Shown in pieces: positions 59,660 through 64,000 of a stretch of DNA of 64,000 nt. A program made the position numbers and the translations under genes. The DNA is from Minutocellus sp. GHC0000111 (taxonomy: Eukaryota). The stretch is from NCBI GenBank assembly GCA_977018835.1, contig OZ361258.1:3100001-3164000 (forward strand), written 5' to 3'. Under the pieces are notes generated by a model that searched no databases, was not told where the DNA came from, and saw nothing but the letters and a program-made list of their open reading frames with translations. Numbering within the stretch: the first letter of the stretch is position 1; every line of letters starts with the position of its first letter.

Positions 59660-61800
59660 TCGGGAGATGACAGAAGCAATTTCGTGAGGTCAGCATCAGA
59701 GAGATCGGCATCACGAGAAAGAGAATCGGCCTCCGGATTGCGCTTCCCCTGGAACCACTGTGAGCACAGCATGGTGTTGGTCTCGATGAGCATGTCGGCT
59801 AGTTTCCGCGCCGTGGCCAGCTTGACCGCTACGTCGGCATCCTTCTCGCCGTGAGACACACGAAGTTCGACTTCCTGAGCCATCCCTCGGCCGTGGTGCT
59901 GTCGGTCCCCGACAGTGCGCAGGAGGAGAGGGTTGGTAGGTTGCCCTCGATGTGGTCGATCCATGGGCCGATGACAGCGGCGAGGAGTTCCAGGTAGTTG
60001 AGGGTGAACCGGCCCCATGGCTCCTCGGGGAGGGCAAATCTCCACGCTCTGCCGGATGAGGACCATCCGCCGATGCCGTGCTCGCAGGCGCCACTCATGT
60101 GCTCGTGGGTGGGGCAACGGCACGTGAGGAGGTTCATGCTCATGCCATCGGCGGCCCTTCGGAGGAAGCGGAGCCATGGGTTGAGGTCTTCTGCATCCTC
60201 AGAGTCGAACCGTTGGCGGCCGTGGTGGCGGGCCTTCCAGAGCCGATCCCGAAGGCGGCTGAGGAAGTGAGTGTCGTGCGGCTGGAATGATGTGTGTCCG
60301 ACGTGGTTTAGCCTTCCGACCAAGGTGTCCAGCTCTGATCTGGTGGCGCTGCGGGCTCTGAGGAGCCGAAGCATGTCATCGCGCCAGGCCAGGTGCTTGC
60401 TCCAAGGGAGCCTCAGCAGGAGCCGCCGGGCATCAGCATCCCACCCCAAGAGACACAGCACTTCGGAAGGCGTCCCCTCGGCGAGCAGCTTCTTGATGGA
60501 GGCAAGGTCATCTCTGGGCAGTGGCTCGCTGTCGGATGCCGGTCGGCCAAGCGCGTGGATGGCGAGGAGGGTGGCAGCGGATGTCCGATCCTTGTTGTCG
60601 TCGCCCAGGTCAGGGGCTGCGGCGATGAGGTCATCGATGCACGGCTCGACGATGCCATCCTTGTTGTCGGGAAGGGTTGCGATCATGTCCAGGGCCGGCG
60701 CGAACGGCACATCGTCGCCCTCCACCTTGGGGCGACCCAAGTGCTTCTGCTGGGGGCCATGGAGCTCTGACGGGTCCCAGTCCGAGCATTGCAGGAGGGC
60801 CCTGGCCAGGTCGGCCGCCGATTCGGACACATTGCACCACTCGCTCGGGCAAGGGCGGCCGCTGAAAGTCAGCCGGAGGGACATGAGGGCAATGCCATCC
60901 AGGGTGGTGATCGTTTTGACGGCCGTGCTGGGAGCCAAGTGGGCCCGGCGACACGCAGCCTTGAAATCGACCTTCTGCAGGAGGATGGGAGTGCGGGGAT
61001 GCTTGTGACGGGCGGGCATGGCCGAACACCACTGGCTGGTGGTCCTCCATGCGCACTCTGTTGTTGACGGACCGTGCGGCACCGATCTCGAAGGATTGGT
61101 CGTGAGTCAGGCGGTCCTTGGGCATGATCTCGCCAGCCTCGCTGATCGTGTTCTGTGCCACCAAACCCATCGGAGCCACCTCCGCTCCAGGAGTGAGGGG
61201 CGCGACCTTTGCTGACAGAGGGAGGGCGAAACCGCGGGTCACGTCGTCGAGAACTTGGTCCTTGAGTGCCTCCGGCCTGTCCCTGGCCGATTTGTGGTTG
61301 CCTTGGCCGATGTTCTTTATCACGCTGTCCAGTCTGCTTTCGTCGCTCACCGGATCGAGGGCCCAGTCGGATCCACTGTCGAGAATGGAGCGGAAGCGGG
61401 GCCACAGCGGGTGCCGGCCAAGAATCGGCTCCAGAAGACTCAGGTCTCTGAACTCCGATCCCGGTTGGAGTGGCGACCCGCCCTGCGCCTCGAGTGCCCT
61501 GCTCTCAGAGAGCGATCGTGTTTCTTGAGGACCGACCAATTGTGAGCGGCGGCCTCCGTCAAGAGCTCAAATCTGAACTCCGTGGGCTTCGGTGTGGCCG
61601 ACGGGGACTCGACTGCTCGTCGGACGTGCTGTGCCAAGGTGGAAACATCGAAGATGGGCTCTAGTTCCCACGTGGAATTGCATGCAAGGCGAGAAAAAGG
61701 TGAGATGTGCACATGCTGCACGTTCACGAGCATGCGGGTCTGTCCGACCGTGGTGGGCCCATTGTGGGCGCTGGGCTGCCCCGTTTGTTGTGGGTGTTTC
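59650..61800 (-). pseudogene. Reverse transcriptase / RNase H of the retroelement (inactivated)
   Basis: GNHKSA, RLTHDQSF, DFKAA(C)RR, RLTFSGRPCP, (C)IDD, LGW, LVGRLNH, NYLELLA, TDSTTAEGWL and G..N.EADSLSRD. Confidence 0.88.
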
Positions 61801-62380
61801 TTCACCTGTTGGTCTCACTTGCCATTTTGGCGCATCGGTTCTGCTTCCTTGCTGTGCGCAGGGGAACCAGGGGGAGACTGTGCTTCGGGTTGGGGCTGCT
61901 TGCCTAGGAGATCCTTCTCTCGCTGGCCTAGCCGGTCGAAGAGGTTGTCGGTGGCTTCCGCACCGCCAGCGTTAGTGGTGCTGGAGCCAGAGCCTGAGAT
62001 GCTGTTGTCGGCGCAGGCATCACCGCTGGTGTTAGGGGACCAGGACCCGACCGAAGGTCACTGCTAACGCCTCGGCCTTCTGCTCCGGTGTTAGGGGCAC
62101 CGGAGAGCCTGGATTGGTTGCTGATGTCGTTGCGACCGCACACGCCGAATTTTGGGGTGCCGGATGACCTTGGGCGGCTGGAGCCACCGGGGCGGATCGA
62201 CGCCGACGCATCTGGCTGTGCACTCGACGGCGCTTGGAGGGACGAGCTCGGCCGGCTGGCCGAGATGTTTCTCCAGCATCCTCCGAGGGTGGGCCACGCC
62301 TCCGTGCCCACCCGATCCGTCATTCCTCCGCCTCCTCGCACTTCCGATCGCATTTCTCGACGTGCTGCTCGACGGGTCCT

Positions 62381-63993
62381 CTATGCCTTAAGAGGCCTCT
62401 TGACATGCGACTTCTTGAGCTTGCACGAGGATCCGGCGCCGCAGACACCCATCAGGATGAGTGGAGGGCAGAACTTACAGCCATTAATTTCAGGTCTGTC
62501 CTCATAGGGCTCGGACTTCTTGCCATGCCGTTTTGCAAAGTTGCCGGGGTTGATGTCGAACGTGACGAAGTGTTCGCACTGGTGGGCTCTGCCGCTGGCG
62601 CCGCCCGTCTTTTGCTTCTTTTTCGGACTGGTTCTTGGCTCTGATTTGTCGGAGTCGGAATCCGAGGAAGGGGTGGGAGCGTCGGCCGATTGGACGAGCT
62701 TGATGTGGCTGGGGTAGACGAAAGGACTCTGAGTCTTCATCATCTTTTTGGACTCGTCGGCCATTGAGAAGCAAGAGAGGTCGTTGCCGGCGTCGTCGGG
62801 GGAACGGAGACAAGCTTTCCAGAACGCATGGATGGAGGCGTCGATGTTGTGGAACATTGCCAGCCAGAACTTCTCGCCATGGCTCTCGGCGATGTCGCGG
62901 TGCTGGTCCTCGTGTGTCTTCATGTGACTGAGGACCCTGGCGACGCAGCGAGCGGGCTCGGAATCCTCTCCGGCAAGGAAGGAAATGCCAGCGCCGAAGG
63001 CCGAGATGTGACGTTTGGCACCGTCGTGCTCGGTTGGGGACCGGCAGTTCTGCTTCAGAAGAGCCTTCACCTGAGTCGAGGCATGTCCTTTCTTTTGAGA
63101 GGCGGCGAGGCACAGGGGCGCATTGCTGCTGCTGGAGTTTGCCGGGCTAAAGGCGAAGACAGAGAAGCCATCGTAGATTTTCTTGTCGCTCTTCCCGAAG
63201 CCAAAGAGGCGGACGTAAGTGGTGAGGCCCTGGAGAGATGTCCTGACTCCGGTCTTGCCCTTTACATGGAGCTCGAGGCCGACGGCTGCTTGCGTGAGGT
63301 TTGACTCTTCCAGCAGTGCTTTCAATCCTTCGGGAAGATTCGAGTCGATCGCTGCTACATCATCGTCATGCTCGGTCGAGACCCGGCAGAAAGCGGCACA
63401 GGCCTTGAGGATGGCGCCATTCATCGAGTGCTTCTTGTCGACCTTGTCAGTGTAGGCCATGACTGCGCCGGTGAGGGAGGATGCTTCGGACGCGGCCCTA
63501 GTCATGGCGTTGGCCGCGGTGGTAACTGCAGAGTCGGTTGGGGCGCCACCGGCTGGTGGTCCGTCGCCACTGGCGCCAGTGATGTGCCGAGCGTGCATCT
63601 CACGGGCGTGTGTCTTGAGAGCTGGGTCCGTCGTTGGGTGCAAGCTGACGGCCGGGATGTCACCTTGCTCGGACGTGGCGACGAACCACAGCCACTTGAC
63701 GACGTGTTGAATGGCCTCGTTGGAGCGAAGACCTGCTGCGCCATGACCCCCTCGTCGTCACCGCTGTCTGATGCGTCGTCGCTGCCGGCGTCCTCATCCA
63801 GCCGACGTTTGATGGCGGACAGGATGGCCCAAGGCGATGCCTCGTGCTCTTCCAGAACATTCTGCAGAATCGAAGGTGGCAGCAGCACAAGGGACTTAAA
63901 CTTCGTGGAGGCACTCCGGTGGCGGGTGTTGGAGCCTTCCTGGGTGAGACCGGTTAGGGCGGCTTCTGACGGTGCCCCCAGCATGGCTTCCAC
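62381..63993 (-). pseudogene. gag-like ORF of the retroelement
   Basis: Lies upstream of RT and ends in a CCCH-like motif (FC......G.C....C....SH). Frameshifted near 63700. Confidence 0.6.
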
Positions 63994-64000
63994 CGATGGG

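Larger units (their letters stand above)
57839..64000 (-). mobile_element. Degenerate tyrosine-recombinase retrotransposon (DIRS/Ngaro-type), running off the window edge
   Basis: Order gag-like, RT/RNase H, overlapping YR on the minus strand. Short direct repeats downstream of YR. Many frameshifts. Confidence 0.88.

Overview
Gene-dense eukaryotic nuclear DNA, most likely from a diatom. This is an inference from short spliceosomal introns, a nuclear-encoded sigma-70 factor, FLAP1- and HCF173-like plastid proteins with signal-peptide+AF leaders, and a silaffin-like KxxK protein. About 24 host genes can be read. Many carry single-base frameshifts or lone in-frame stops; the frameshifts look mostly like long-read consensus errors. 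Three regions stand out. (1) A degenerate tyrosine-recombinase (DIRS/Ngaro-type) retrotransposon at about 57.8-64 kb is almost purged of TpA dinucleotides. Conserved Tyr codons, including the RT YxDD and the recombinase catalytic Tyr, have become Cys or His, suggesting a TE-targeted, both-strand TpA->TpG/CpA hypermutation process that runs opposite to fungal RIP. (2) A single gene fuses an ADP-ribosyltransferase-like (H-Y-E) domain to a Deltex RING-DTC E3 ligase. (3) A Ginger/GingerRoot-like integrase DNA transposon (14967-19815) has an extra membrane-protein ORF and fold-back non-autonomous derivatives. A near-identical 1.7 kb inverted duplication of host DNA starts exactly at transposon ends and truncates a neighbouring gene. 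All identifications are by eye from motifs; no database searches were run.
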